A stretch of 64,000 nt of DNA from an uncultured Pseudomonadales bacterium (GCA_964510525.1 CAZECE010000042.1:73272-137271); one strand, 5' to 3'. Shown: positions 53,546 to 63,915, numbered from the stretch's first letter. Numbers and translations are program-made. Notes: generated from the letters alone by a model not told the origin.

Positions 53546-55279
53546 ATGACGCGACATTCCCGATCAAAAGTAAGCAGCAAGAAAACGTCTGTAGCCTACC
53601 CTTGGCGGTTTAGGGTGTTGTTGCTTGGGTTTACCTTGTGCTTGGGGGCTATTGGAGGGTATACCTTCCAATTGAATTGGGGACAGGGCGATTTTTTGCG
53701 TCAGCAGGGATCCATGAGAGCTACAGGAGGGTTAACCATTCCGGCTTATCGTGGCACCGTAGTGGATCGTAATGGTGTGCCTTTGGCGGTGAGTACCGAG
53801 GTGGTGAGCATTGGTGTTAACCCTCAGGTGTTAAGTCAGCGTCCTGAGCATTGGCTTACTTTTGCAACGGCTTTTGAGGTTAGCTTGGATGATGTTGCGG
53901 ATTGGTTGAATAAATATTCGGGGCGCCAGTTTGTGTATTGGCGTCGTCACCTGGACCCGCAGGTTGCAAACGCTATTTTGGCGCTGAAAATTCCCGGTGT
54001 ATCAGGAAGAACGGAGTATAAACGCTATTACCCCGCCGGTGAGGTGACGTCACATCTGTTAGGGTTTACGAATATTGATGATCAAGGTCAAGAAGGAATA
54101 GAGCTTTCCTACAACGCAGTGTTGGCAGGGGAGCAGGGGCGTGCTTCTTCGTCTCGTGATCGCCGTGGGCGAGTGGTGGATATGTGGGAAGTCGATGAGG
54201 CCGCCAAAGAAGGCCAAGATTTGGCCTTAACCATCGATTTGCGTATGCAATACTTGGCTCATAGAGCATTAGCGAAAGCCGTCGATCAGCATAATGCAAA
54301 AGGTGGATCTTTGGTGGCTTTAGATGTCGCCACTGGTGAGGTGTTAGCCATGACCAACCAGCCCGCGTTCAACCCAAATAACCGAATTGATTTGGATTAT
54401 GATTCTGTTCGCAATAGAGCGGTGACGGATGTTTTTGAACCGGGGTCTACAGTGAAACCTTTTACGGTGGCAGCTGCCCTGACCTCTGGTACTCATGAAG
54501 CCTATACGCCGATCCAAACGGCTCCAGGTACGATGCAAGTGGGTCGTAAAACCATTCGTGATATCAGTAATTATGGCTTGATTGATGTGCAAACGGTGTT
54601 GACTAAATCAAGCAATGTGGGGGTTGCGAAAATCGCGTTATCCATGGCGCCAAATTATCTCACGGGGTTTTATGATCGTTTAGGGTTGGGGCACGCCACT
54701 GATTTGTTGTTATCTGGTGAGCGAACCGGTTATATGCCAATGAAGAATCGCTGGAGTGATTTGGAAGTGGCGACCTTATCATTTGGTTATGGAATGTCGG
54801 TGACCGCCTTGCAGTTAGCACAAGCCTACTCTGTGGTGGCGGATAATGGTGTTAAGCGTTCTTTATCTGTGGTTTCTCAGACTGGAATTCCTGCTCAACG
54901 CCAACAAGTAATGGATCCAGAGGTCGCTTCCACGGTCAGCGATATATTGGAAACGGTCACGGGTCGAGAAGGGACAGCCAAGCGGGCTCAAGTGCCAGGT
55001 TATCGCGTAGCAGGTAAAACTGGCACCGTACATAAAGTTGTTAAAACGGGTTATGCGGAAGATCAGTATTTATCGCTGTTTGCAGGCTTTGCTCCGGCAA
55101 CAGATCCTAAAATTGTGATCGTGGTCGTGGTAGATGAGCCGAATGCGGGTCAACATTATGGGGGGCAGGTGGCGGCTCCTGTTTTTTCCGAAGCCATGGG
55201 TGGGATGTTGCGATTAGCGGGCGTTCAAATGGATGATATGAGCATAAAAGACCAATACTATGCTCAAGCTAAGTTGTAA
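53546..55279 (+). CDS. ftsI: peptidoglycan D,D-transpeptidase FtsI (PBP3)
   Basis: 'RGTVVDRNG' with transpeptidase motifs 'STVKPF', 'SSN' and 'KTGT'. Confidence 0.95.
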   Translation: MTRHSRSKVSSKKTSVAYPWRFRVLLLGFTLCLGAIGGYTFQLNWGQGDFLRQQGSMRATGGLTIPAYRGTVVDRNGVPLAVSTEVVSIGVNPQVLSQRPEHWLTFATAFEVSLDDVADWLNKYSGRQFVYWRRHLDPQVANAILALKIPGVSGRTEYKRYYPAGEVTSHLLGFTNIDDQGQEGIELSYNAVLAGEQGRASSSRDRRGRVVDMWEVDEAAKEGQDLALTIDLRMQYLAHRALAKAVDQHNAKGGSLVALDVATGEVLAMTNQPAFNPNNRIDLDYDSVRNRAVTDVFEPGSTVKPFTVAAALTSGTHEAYTPIQTAPGTMQVGRKTIRDISNYGLIDVQTVLTKSSNVGVAKIALSMAPNYLTGFYDRLGLGHATDLLLSGERTGYMPMKNRWSDLEVATLSFGYGMSVTALQLAQAYSVVADNGVKRSLSVVSQTGIPAQRQQVMDPEVASTVSDILETVTGREGTAKRAQVPGYRVAGKTGTVHKVVKTGYAEDQYLSLFAGFAPATDPKIVIVVVVDEPNAGQHYGGQVAAPVFSEAMGGMLRLAGVQMDDMSIKDQYYAQAKL

Positions 55280-55324
55280 CCCAAAGGCAGTGGTTGTTCC
55301 GTGTAATGGTTAAGTTGAGTTGTC

Positions 55325-56935
55325 ATGGCGTCAGGTTTGCCCGTCTGGGAATTACAGGTATTACTTGAACCTTGGTTGGAAATCAGCTCTGAGGCGAACC
55401 TTGTCGTTTCGTCGTTGTGTACTGACAGTCGTATTTGTCAGTCCGGTGCGCTCTTTGTTTGTCTATTTGAATCGATAGATAGTACGGTTGAGTCCTACAT
55501 TCGGCAGGCCGTCGAGAAAGGCGCGGTGGCTGTTCTCAGTGTTGTGTCGATTCCGCACAGTGTGCTGAGTGATGATTCTGTTGTGGGTTATGTTTGGTCT
55601 GAGCTCAAGGAGCGCTGGCCAGAGTTTGTAGCGCGTTATTTTGATTACCCGGGAGCCGGCATTCAGTTAGCGGCTTTTACCGGCACTAACGGCAAAACCA
55701 CCTGTGCTTGGTGGTTGGCGCAGGTAATAGAGCATTTAGGGGCTCCATGCGGTGTGCTAGGTACCTTGGGGTCTGGCCGGGTGATGTCTTTGCAGTCTAC
55801 AGGGTATACGACGCCGGACTTGTTGCAGTTACAAAGCACTTTGTTTCATTGGCGTGAACAAGGGGTTCGTTTTGGCAGTCTTGAAGCATCGTCTCATGGC
55901 ATTGATCAGGGGCGTTTGGATGGGGTGCCATTGGATGTTGCGGTACTGACGAATTTGAGTCGTGATCACCTGGATTATCATGGCAGCATGGAGGTATACG
56001 AGTCTGTTAAAGCTCGCTTGTTTGAATGGCCAGGTTTAAAGCACGCTGTGTTGAATTTGGATGAGCCAATGTCTTTAAGAGTGATAGCGCGTTTGCAAGC
56101 TCAACAACAACCGTTTTCTACCTATCGTTTAGATCATGGCGGTGTTGAGAGTGATGGTGTTGAGAGTGATGGTGTGGAAAGTGACGATGTTGAAAGAGTG
56201 GTGGATATAGCATCACAAGCACATCAAGCTGTTGTTGTGAGAGTGCAAGATCAGCAGACTGAAGGTTCTTCCGTTGTGGTTAAGTTATCCCAGGGAGATC
56301 ATACCGAAACGGTTATGGCTCAATGGCCTTTTTTTGGCGCTTACAATATTCAAAATGCATCTGCTGTGCTGGTTGCTGCAATGACGCTAGGATTTTCGTT
56401 TCAGAAGGTGGTGGCGGCTTTAACTCACGTGGCTTTACCACCAGGTAGAATGCAGAGTATTTCTAATCCGCTTAATGCGAAAATCTTAGTCGATTACGCG
56501 CACACACCTGATGCGTTACAAAAAGCGTTGATGGCTTGCCGAGAAGTGTGTTCTAAACGGTTGGTGGTTTTGTTTGGGTGTGGTGGGGATCGAGATAAAG
56601 GTAAGCGGCAGGCGATGGGCGCTGTTGCTGGAGAACTCGCGGATCATATTATTTTAACCAACGACAATCCTCGGTCTGAATCTCCGCAACAGATTATAGA
56701 GCAGATCTTAATGGGTGTGCCTGGTGCTGAAGGTCGGGTTGAGAGTATTTCGGATCGTCGGGAAGCTATTGCTGTTGGGGTTAAGCAATTGCAATCCGGT
56801 GATGTGTTGTTAGTGGCCGGTAAAGGCCATGAATCTTACCAATTAGTTGGAACAGAACGTATTGAATTTGATGATGTGAAAGAAATAACAGCCGTGGTTG
56901 CATCATTAGGTCAAAATGAAAAGCAGATTAATTAG
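55325..56935 (+). CDS. murE: UDP-N-acetylmuramoyl-L-alanyl-D-glutamate--2,6-diaminopimelate ligase
   Basis: 'FTGTNGKTT', 'TNLSRDHLDYHG' and 'NDNPRSE'. It contains a tandem-repeat insertion. Confidence 0.94.
   Translation: MASGLPVWELQVLLEPWLEISSEANLVVSSLCTDSRICQSGALFVCLFESIDSTVESYIRQAVEKGAVAVLSVVSIPHSVLSDDSVVGYVWSELKERWPEFVARYFDYPGAGIQLAAFTGTNGKTTCAWWLAQVIEHLGAPCGVLGTLGSGRVMSLQSTGYTTPDLLQLQSTLFHWREQGVRFGSLEASSHGIDQGRLDGVPLDVAVLTNLSRDHLDYHGSMEVYESVKARLFEWPGLKHAVLNLDEPMSLRVIARLQAQQQPFSTYRLDHGGVESDGVESDGVESDDVERVVDIASQAHQAVVVRVQDQQTEGSSVVVKLSQGDHTETVMAQWPFFGAYNIQNASAVLVAAMTLGFSFQKVVAALTHVALPPGRMQSISNPLNAKILVDYAHTPDALQKALMACREVCSKRLVVLFGCGGDRDKGKRQAMGAVAGELADHIILTNDNPRSESPQQIIEQILMGVPGAEGRVESISDRREAIAVGVKQLQSGDVLLVAGKGHESYQLVGTERIEFDDVKEITAVVASLGQNEKQIN
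56142..56201. repeat. 15-bp in-frame tandem repeat inside murE (GVESD x3-4)
   Basis: ggtgttgagagtgat x2 (perfect), then ggtgtggaaagtgac, then gatgttgaaagagtg. Confidence 0.9.
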
Positions 56936-56940
56936 GAGTC

Positions 56941-58455
56941 TTGATCTTAATGTCAGTGATAACATTGAAATGTTCAGAAGTCATTCAAGCGTTAGATGCA
57001 CAGGTTTTGTCGGCTGGAGAAAGCTCAAGCCTTGTGTTTAAGTCCGTGAGTACTGACACACGTCATATTGATCGCGATGCATTATTTGTCGCATTACAGG
57101 GCCCTAATTTTAATGGTGAGGACTTCGTTGCGGCAGCACTGAATGCTGGAGCTGTGGGAGTGGTTGTTTCGCCACGCTTTGATCTGGCCAGTTTGGATAA
57201 AGTTGCAGGGTTCGATAAAACCTGGCTGAATTCTGCCATCATATTGGCGGTACCTGATACCTTGGTGGCTTTGGGGCAATTGGGGCGTTTGTGGCAACAA
57301 CAGCTTTCTTTAAACCATGCTTTGAAAAAAGTAGCGATCACAGGCAGTTGTGGCAAAACGACAGTAAAGGAATTGATCTCTCAGGTTTTGCAAGCAGAAT
57401 TTGAAACACTCTCGACAGAAAAAAATTATAATAATGAAGTGGGTGTGCCATTAACCTTGTTGCGATGTCAGCCGCATCACCAACGTGCGGTATTGGAGTT
57501 GGGAGCTGGTAAACCTGGAGACATCGCGTATTCAGGGCAGTGGGTGCAGCCGGATGTTGTGGTGATTACTAATGCGGGGGCTGCGCACTTAGAGGGTATG
57601 GGGTCTTTGGCCGGCGTTGCAAAAACTAAGGGAGAGTTACTGGATGTGGTGTCTGATCAAGGTGTCGCTGTTCTTAATGCCGATGACGACTTCTATACTG
57701 AGTGGCGGGAGCGTGCCAAGCGGGTAACCATTTTAAGTTGCTCTTTGCATGAGGAAAGCAAAGCCGATCTCATCGCGACCGATATTAAGCAGACCGAAGA
57801 TCTGCAAACTTTAATACGCGTTTCTTTGACGGGTACTGCGGCAGCCTACCTTAAAGATAAAGGAGGCGATGCTGATACTTTAGAGTTGCTGACTTCTTTG
57901 CAAGGTGGGCATAATGTTTTAAATATATTGCAGACAGTGGCTGCAAGTATGGTGTTAGGTGCCTCTGTTGAGGCTATAAAAAAAGGGGTAAAAGGAATGA
58001 CGGCAGTGGCAGGACGCTTAAAATCAAAAGAAGGGTGGCAGTCAAATATTACACTGTTGGATGATACTTATAATGCCAATCCAAATTCAGTAAAAGCCGC
58101 TATTGATGTGTTAGCTGAATTACCAGGGCAGCGTTTTCTCGTCATGGGGGATATGGCAGAGCTCGGTGATTACAGCTTGGAAGCGCACCAAGAAGTGGGG
58201 GCTTTTGCGCGACAGCAAGGCATTGATCAGCTGATCGCTATTGGTCGGTATGCGTCTGCCACATTAGCTGGCTTTGGTGCCGGAGGGATTGAAGTGTCTG
58301 ATTTTGATCAGGCCGCTGACCGCTTGAAGGGTTTAACAGAAGACGAAGATGTGCCACAAACCATTTTGTTTAAAGGTTCGCGCAGTGCTGGGGTTGATCA
58401 ACTGGTGGGGCGGCTAACAAACGAGTTAGCGGCTGCAGACCCGGGTCAACACTGA
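56941..58455 (+). CDS. murF: UDP-N-acetylmuramoyl-tripeptide--D-alanyl-D-alanine ligase
   Basis: '[12 protein letters not shown]', '[10 protein letters not shown]' and 'DDTYNANP'. The start may be ATG 56950. Confidence 0.94.
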   Translation: MILMSVITLKCSEVIQALDAQVLSAGESSSLVFKSVSTDTRHIDRDALFVALQGPNFNGEDFVAAALNAGAVGVVVSPRFDLASLDKVAGFDKTWLNSAIILAVPDTLVALGQLGRLWQQQLSLNHALKKVAITGSCGKTTVKELISQVLQAEFETLSTEKNYNNEVGVPLTLLRCQPHHQRAVLELGAGKPGDIAYSGQWVQPDVVVITNAGAAHLEGMGSLAGVAKTKGELLDVVSDQGVAVLNADDDFYTEWRERAKRVTILSCSLHEESKADLIATDIKQTEDLQTLIRVSLTGTAAAYLKDKGGDADTLELLTSLQGGHNVLNILQTVAASMVLGASVEAIKKGVKGMTAVAGRLKSKEGWQSNITLLDDTYNANPNSVKAAIDVLAELPGQRFLVMGDMAELGDYSLEAHQEVGAFARQQGIDQLIAIGRYASATLAGFGAGGIEVSDFDQAADRLKGLTEDEDVPQTILFKGSRSAGVDQLVGRLTNELAAADPGQH

Positions 58456-59537
58456 TGCTGTATTGGCTGGCTGAATACCTAGCGCAATTTTCTTCGTTTT
58501 TTAATGTATTTCATTATTTAACATTCCGAGGCATTTTGGGTGCGTTGACGGCCCTAGTGATTTCATTGCTGTTAGGGCCAAGGTATATCCGTTATATGGT
58601 CTCAAAGCAGATTGGTCAGTCAGTTCGTCAGGATGGGCCACAGACGCACTTATCCAAAGCGGGTACCCCCACCATGGGGGGCGGTCTGATTTTGCTAGCC
58701 GTTTCGATCAGTATTTTGTTGTGGGCTAATTTAAGCAATCATTACATTTGGACGACGTTTTTTGTATTGATTGGCTTTGGTGCCATTGGCTGGGTGGATG
58801 ATTACCGTAAGGTGATTCAAAAAAACAGTCGTGGTCTGCCTGGCCGATGGAAGTACTTTTGGCAATCGGTGATCGGTATTTTAGTCGCTGTGTTTCTGTA
58901 CCAGAAGGCAGTAGATCCCAGTATGCTCTCTTTAATCGTACCGTTCTTTAAAGAGGTGTTTATACCGTTGGGTATCTTTTTTATTCCACTCACTTACTTT
59001 GTGATTGTTGGTTCCAGTAATGCGGTCAATCTGACGGATGGTTTGGATGGTTTGGCCATTATGCCCGTGGTGTTGATTGCGGGTGGCTTAGGGGTGTTTG
59101 CTTATTTGTCTGGGCATGTTGGGTTTGCCGAGTATTTGCACATTCCTTATATTGCGGGCAGTGGTGAGCTGATCGTTATTTGCAGTGCGCTTATTGGCGC
59201 GGGGTTGGGGTTCTTGTGGTTTAATACCTATCCGGCTCAAGTGTTTATGGGTGATATTGGGTCTTTGTCTTTAGGCGCCTGTTTAGGGGTTATGGCGGTT
59301 ATTGTTCGCCAAGAACTGGCTTTTTTTGTGATGAGTGGTGTTTTTGTGATGGAAACCCTCTCGGTTATTTTGCAAGTGGCTTCGTTTAAGTTAACCGGAA
59401 AACGTATTTTTAAGATGGCTCCTATTCATCACCATTTTGAGTTAAAAGGTTGGCCTGAGCCTAAGGTGATCGTTCGGTTTTGGATTATAACGGTTATTTT
59501 GGTGTTGTTAGGTTTGGCTACTTTAAAACTTAGGTAA
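58455..59537 (+). CDS. mraY: phospho-N-acetylmuramoyl-pentapeptide transferase
   Basis: 'MLYWLAEYL...[10 protein letters not shown]' and '[13 protein letters not shown]'. TGATG overlap with murF. Confidence 0.97.
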   Translation: MLYWLAEYLAQFSSFFNVFHYLTFRGILGALTALVISLLLGPRYIRYMVSKQIGQSVRQDGPQTHLSKAGTPTMGGGLILLAVSISILLWANLSNHYIWTTFFVLIGFGAIGWVDDYRKVIQKNSRGLPGRWKYFWQSVIGILVAVFLYQKAVDPSMLSLIVPFFKEVFIPLGIFFIPLTYFVIVGSSNAVNLTDGLDGLAIMPVVLIAGGLGVFAYLSGHVGFAEYLHIPYIAGSGELIVICSALIGAGLGFLWFNTYPAQVFMGDIGSLSLGACLGVMAVIVRQELAFFVMSGVFVMETLSVILQVASFKLTGKRIFKMAPIHHHFELKGWPEPKVIVRFWIITVILVLLGLATLKLR

Positions 59538-59580
59538 AATCTAGAAATTTTAGGCTTAACTGTTTTCAAGGTTTAATTAG

Positions 59581-60993
59581 ATGATAGAGCTGCCCCTCCC
59601 ATATCAGCATGTGTTGGTTGTTGGGCTGGGTGAAACCGGTTGGTCCGCCGTCAAATTTTTAATCTCTCATCAAGCTCGGGTTACCGTACTAGACACTCGC
59701 CAATCGCCTCCTTTTTTAGAATCGGCTCGAGCATTAGCTGAATCATCCGATGTGACGATCGTGTTAGAAGCATTATCGGATACTTGGGAAACCGAGCGCT
59801 GGACGTCGATTGATGCCATCGTGTTAAGCCCCGGCATTGATCCTCGACAGCCTTTTTTTGTTGCGGCTGCTGCTCAAGGGGTTCCTATTATTGGTGATGT
59901 TGAGTTGGCGCTGCAATTGGTGCAACCCAAAGTGATTGCGATTACGGGCAGTAATGGGAAAAGTACCGTGACTGATTGGGTTGCTTATGTACTTGATCAA
60001 ATAGGGTATCCAGTTGTTGCGTGCGGTAACTTAGGGGTGCCACTGTTGAGTTTGATCGTGCGAGATTGCGACCCTAAGATTTTAGAGAAAGTCTGGGTGA
60101 TTGAGTTATCGAGTTTTCAGCTTGAAAGCTTAAAATCTCTGCAAGCGGAAGTCGCGGTCTGTTTAAACGTTGAAGCCGATCACTTGGATCGATATCGAGA
60201 TATTGATGAATACGCTCGTGTTAAGCATCGTATTTATGACGGCGCTCATCAGGCGGTGATCAATCGAGATTTGCCCAAAAACTTGCGAACGGACATCTCT
60301 CAGCCTGAGCAGAATACGTGGTCTTTCGGTGAAAAGAGCGATAGTGAAGGCATTCATGATTTTTATTTGGCAGAACAAGAGGGGCATGTTTGTCTGATGT
60401 TATCAGGAAAACCTCTTCTTGCGGTTTCAGAGCTGGGTATTTACGGTCGACACAATCAGTTAAATGCATTAGCTGTTCTGGCCATATTGGATGCCTACGG
60501 GGTTGATTTAACGGCTGCAATAGCACCATTAAAAAACTATCGTGGTTTACAGCACCGCTGTCAGTGGGTCGGGTGTTATGATGGCGTGCATTGGTTTAAT
60601 GATTCTAAAGCGACTAATGTGGGCGCAGTCATTGCTGCGATAGAAGGGCTTTGTGATGCGAGCACCGGTCAGCTGATCTTGTTATTGGGTGGCGTCGCTA
60701 AAGAAAACGGTGGGTATGAGGCCTTGGTTGATCCCATCTTAAACTATGTGAGTACAGTGGTGTTGTTTGGCCAAGATAAAGCTTTTTTAAATCAACTCTT
60801 TCAGCCGGTAGCTGATGACCGTTTAGCAATAGTTGAGGCCGATGGGTTGCTGGATGCGGTGCAACAGGCTCGTGAATTAGCAAAGCCTGAAGATGCTGTA
60901 GTGTTATCGCCGGCCTGTGCCAGTTTTGATGAATTTAAAAACTACCAAGAACGTGGTGATCAGTTCATGCAGTGGGTGAAAGAGGGGATTTGA
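59581..60993 (+). CDS. murD: UDP-N-acetylmuramoylalanine--D-glutamate ligase
   Basis: 'VVGLGETGWS', 'ITGSNGKSTV' and 'NDSKATNV'. Confidence 0.95.
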   Translation: MIELPLPYQHVLVVGLGETGWSAVKFLISHQARVTVLDTRQSPPFLESARALAESSDVTIVLEALSDTWETERWTSIDAIVLSPGIDPRQPFFVAAAAQGVPIIGDVELALQLVQPKVIAITGSNGKSTVTDWVAYVLDQIGYPVVACGNLGVPLLSLIVRDCDPKILEKVWVIELSSFQLESLKSLQAEVAVCLNVEADHLDRYRDIDEYARVKHRIYDGAHQAVINRDLPKNLRTDISQPEQNTWSFGEKSDSEGIHDFYLAEQEGHVCLMLSGKPLLAVSELGIYGRHNQLNALAVLAILDAYGVDLTAAIAPLKNYRGLQHRCQWVGCYDGVHWFNDSKATNVGAVIAAIEGLCDASTGQLILLLGGVAKENGGYEALVDPILNYVSTVVLFGQDKAFLNQLFQPVADDRLAIVEADGLLDAVQQARELAKPEDAVVLSPACASFDEFKNYQERGDQFMQWVKEGI

Positions 60994-60995
60994 TC

Positions 60996-62162
60996 ATGAG
61001 TATGCCATCGTTAAATCTCTGGCCTCAAATGAGAAGCCTGTATTGCGAGCAAATTTTGCTGTTTCTAATCGTATCTTTGTTGCTATTTGGTTGGGTTGCT
61101 GTGACGTCGGCCTCGATGGAAGTGGCGTTGAATTACAATTTTGAAGCCTTGCATTATTTCAAGCGCCATTTAGCTTTTATGGTGGTAGGGGTGTTGGGTG
61201 CCTTGTTGATGTTGCGTATTCCTCTTGCTTTTTGGGAGTTGAGAGGCTGGATTTTGTTGCCTGTGACCTTGTTTTTACTGCTGCTGGTGTTGATTCCAGG
61301 TGTTGGCTATGAGGTGAATGGTGCCCAGCGTTGGATTCGATTAGGTCCTGTTAATTTTCAAATCAGTGAGTTGGCAAAGATAACCTACTTAATCTACTTG
61401 GCGGGGTATTTGGTGCGACACCAAGCCTCGGTTCAGCAGTCATGGTCGGGTTTTATGAAACCCTTGATTTTGTTGTTTGGTATTGTGGTGTTGATTTTGG
61501 CGCAACCCGACTTTGGGGGTGTGTTGGTGTTGGTGGCCGCCACGATGGGGGTGATTTTTTTATCCGGTGTTCGGCTAAGCCAATTGATTTTGGTGGGCGC
61601 CGTGGTGTTGTTTTTGGGTAGTTTATTGATAGTGTTTGAGCCCTATCGATGGCAGCGTATTTTGGCGTTTCGGGATCCCTGGGCGGATCCTTACAATGGC
61701 AGTTACCAGCTAACCCAAAGTTTGATTGCGCTTGGGCGAGGGGATTGGTTTGGTATTGGGTTGGGGGGCAGTTTGCAAAAATTGTTGTATTTGCCGGAAG
61801 CTCATACGGATTTTATTTTTGCCGTTATTTGTGAAGAGCTGGGGGTCATTGGGGGTATTTTCTTAGGGTGTGTATTTGCGACCTTGGTGGCAATGTTATT
61901 TCGAGTGGGGCGGACTGCAGAAACTCTGGGTAAGTTTTTCGGGGCTTACTTGAGCTATGGCGTGGGTATGCTGATTGGCATGCAGTTTTTAATTAATATT
62001 GGTGTTAACACCGGACTGCTGCCCACCAAAGGGCTGACGTTACCGCTGATCAGCTACGGTGGGTCGAGTTTGGTATTTACGATGATCGCCTTAGGGTTAG
62101 TGTACCGTGTGCAGATCGAAAACCGCCAGACCCTGGGCTGGCCAAAGAAAAAAGGTTTTTGA
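60996..62162 (+). CDS. ftsW: peptidoglycan glycosyltransferase / lipid II flippase FtsW
   Basis: SEDS family: 'GAQRWIRLGPVNFQISELAK', 'PEAHTDFIFA' and 'TKGLTLPLISYGGSS'. The start is placed at ATG 60996, 3 nt after the murD stop; the track ORF begins at 60972. Confidence 0.94.
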   Translation: MSMPSLNLWPQMRSLYCEQILLFLIVSLLLFGWVAVTSASMEVALNYNFEALHYFKRHLAFMVVGVLGALLMLRIPLAFWELRGWILLPVTLFLLLLVLIPGVGYEVNGAQRWIRLGPVNFQISELAKITYLIYLAGYLVRHQASVQQSWSGFMKPLILLFGIVVLILAQPDFGGVLVLVAATMGVIFLSGVRLSQLILVGAVVLFLGSLLIVFEPYRWQRILAFRDPWADPYNGSYQLTQSLIALGRGDWFGIGLGGSLQKLLYLPEAHTDFIFAVICEELGVIGGIFLGCVFATLVAMLFRVGRTAETLGKFFGAYLSYGVGMLIGMQFLINIGVNTGLLPTKGLTLPLISYGGSSLVFTMIALGLVYRVQIENRQTLGWPKKKGF

Positions 62163-62178
62163 TCGAGCTTATTTTCTT

Positions 62179-63915
62179 TTATCCCAGCCGTTCATCCACC
62201 GCATTCAAAAAACCAAACATATCAACAATGCTCTCATTGTCTGGTTGCTTAGTTTTGCCTTTTAAGTCACCGGTGATGATGCCTTCATCGACGGTTGCAA
62301 TCAGGGCAGCTTTGAGTTTATGAGAATACTCGATCAGTTCTTGGTTGTCTTCTCGCTGGCCTAAAATTTCAAGCGCATTGGCAACCGCGTAGAGCAGGGC
62401 GGAAGAGTTAAACAGTGCTTCTTTGCCATCGGTTTCTAAATACTTCAAGTACAGATCGTGTGCGGTACCGTGAGGGGCTTCGTAGAGCATGGTGCCGTCT
62501 TTGCTTTCAATGATTGAGCTGGCTGTAGCCAAGCTGCCGCCTAGGGCTGCAGAAATATCGGAGAAGATATCGCCATCTAAATTAAGAGCGGGATAGATAG
62601 CATTACGGGGTGGGTCGGAGATCATTTTTTTCAGTTGGCTCGAGGGGCGCATGATCATGAAGGAAGGCGGCTGAATGTCATCATCGACAAGCTCTTCGCG
62701 AACTTCATTGATCACTGTACTAAACACGTCATCGTATTCCATGTATTCACGCTTTAAGCCGAAATAGATTTCTTTTTCGTTGTTGGCGGCATCCCGAAAC
62801 ACTTGCTTGACCCAGTCTTTAATGGCATTGCGATCGTTGGCCATAAAAATGATGGGGTCATTGGCCTTGATCTCTCGAGCGTGTTTTTCTTCCCCATCAA
62901 GAGAGATCTTAATCAATCCATCTTCTTTCGCGGCCATGTTAAAACTGCCGTATTGATCGCCGCCGCCGGCGCTCATGCGGGAGATGGATTGAGTAAATTG
63001 TCGTTCGGGGATACCGTGTTTTTTCAGCGTTTCGACGAGCTTGTAGAGCTTTCTGCCTGAGGTGTTTTCAGGAACGCCCCAAATGGCACGCTCTGGTGGG
63101 TTGGCGATGATTCTTGCTGCTTGAGCATCGATCAGTTCGTAGTGGTAGGCCAAGCCAGCTGCTTTGAGTTTGTCTTTGTACTCACTTTCATAAATGGCTT
63201 CGATGGTGTGTCGCATTGCGCCGTCGTAGCCTGGAATTACGGTGTCTTTTAATCCTAAGTAAACATCTCTTTTTTCATCGAGAGCGCGTTGAAAAAATTG
63301 GTGGGCCCAAGCTTTGACGTCTTCTGAGCTGTTAGTTGCGATGAGCCAAGGGTCGCCTTTATTAATTTTACGACGGTGCAATTCAACGGGTTCGCCGCTG
63401 CTGCCTACAAAGAGAACTTTAATGATGCCAGAGACCCTTGATAATTCGTTATGACTGTCTTTGTTGCCACCATGTGCCATTGTGTCAACCACAATGTCTC
63501 GGTTGATCCAGTCAGGGGTTAAACGTTTTAAGTTATTAAAAGGAATGTCTTCGCGGGTGATGTTGCCCCCAATGCCTTTGCGTATGGCACCGTTGGGTGA
63601 TTTTGTGGCTAGGGGGTCAAGGTTGTTTTTTTGGATACTGGGGTTTTCAGTCAGTAGCTCGTTTAGCTGGGTTTTGTTGACCGTCATGCCAGCATTTTTA
63701 ATGCCGACGCCGTAAGTTTTCAGTTCTTCAATTGCGTCTCGGACCACCTGGCCATTGGTTAATAGCCGGTGTTCAGCTGATAAGTCAATTTCAATGAGTT
63801 CAATTTCAAGTTTGTTTTTAACAAATTGCTCTATCACGCGCTCAAAGGCGATTTGTGCCATCTCATCGCCATGGAGTAAGACTAATGGCTTTTTGACTTT
63901 GATTTTTGAGCTCAT
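62179..63915 (-). CDS. isocitrate dehydrogenase-like protein (eukaryote-type/type II fold) with an internal ~165-aa duplication
   Basis: 'LHGDEMAQI', 'KSPNGAIRKGIGGNITRE', 'LNLDGDIFSD' and 'YEAPHGTA' parallel the IDH1/IDH2-type enzymes. At 578 aa it is about 165 aa longer than that type. Confidence 0.75.
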   Translation of the reverse strand: MSSKIKVKKPLVLLHGDEMAQIAFERVIEQFVKNKLEIELIEIDLSAEHRLLTNGQVVRDAIEELKTYGVGIKNAGMTVNKTQLNELLTENPSIQKNNLDPLATKSPNGAIRKGIGGNITREDIPFNNLKRLTPDWINRDIVVDTMAHGGNKDSHNELSRVSGIIKVLFVGSSGEPVELHRRKINKGDPWLIATNSSEDVKAWAHQFFQRALDEKRDVYLGLKDTVIPGYDGAMRHTIEAIYESEYKDKLKAAGLAYHYELIDAQAARIIANPPERAIWGVPENTSGRKLYKLVETLKKHGIPERQFTQSISRMSAGGGDQYGSFNMAAKEDGLIKISLDGEEKHAREIKANDPIIFMANDRNAIKDWVKQVFRDAANNEKEIYFGLKREYMEYDDVFSTVINEVREELVDDDIQPPSFMIMRPSSQLKKMISDPPRNAIYPALNLDGDIFSDISAALGGSLATASSIIESKDGTMLYEAPHGTAHDLYLKYLETDGKEALFNSSALLYAVANALEILGQREDNQELIEYSHKLKAALIATVDEGIITGDLKGKTKQPDNESIVDMFGFLNAVDERLG

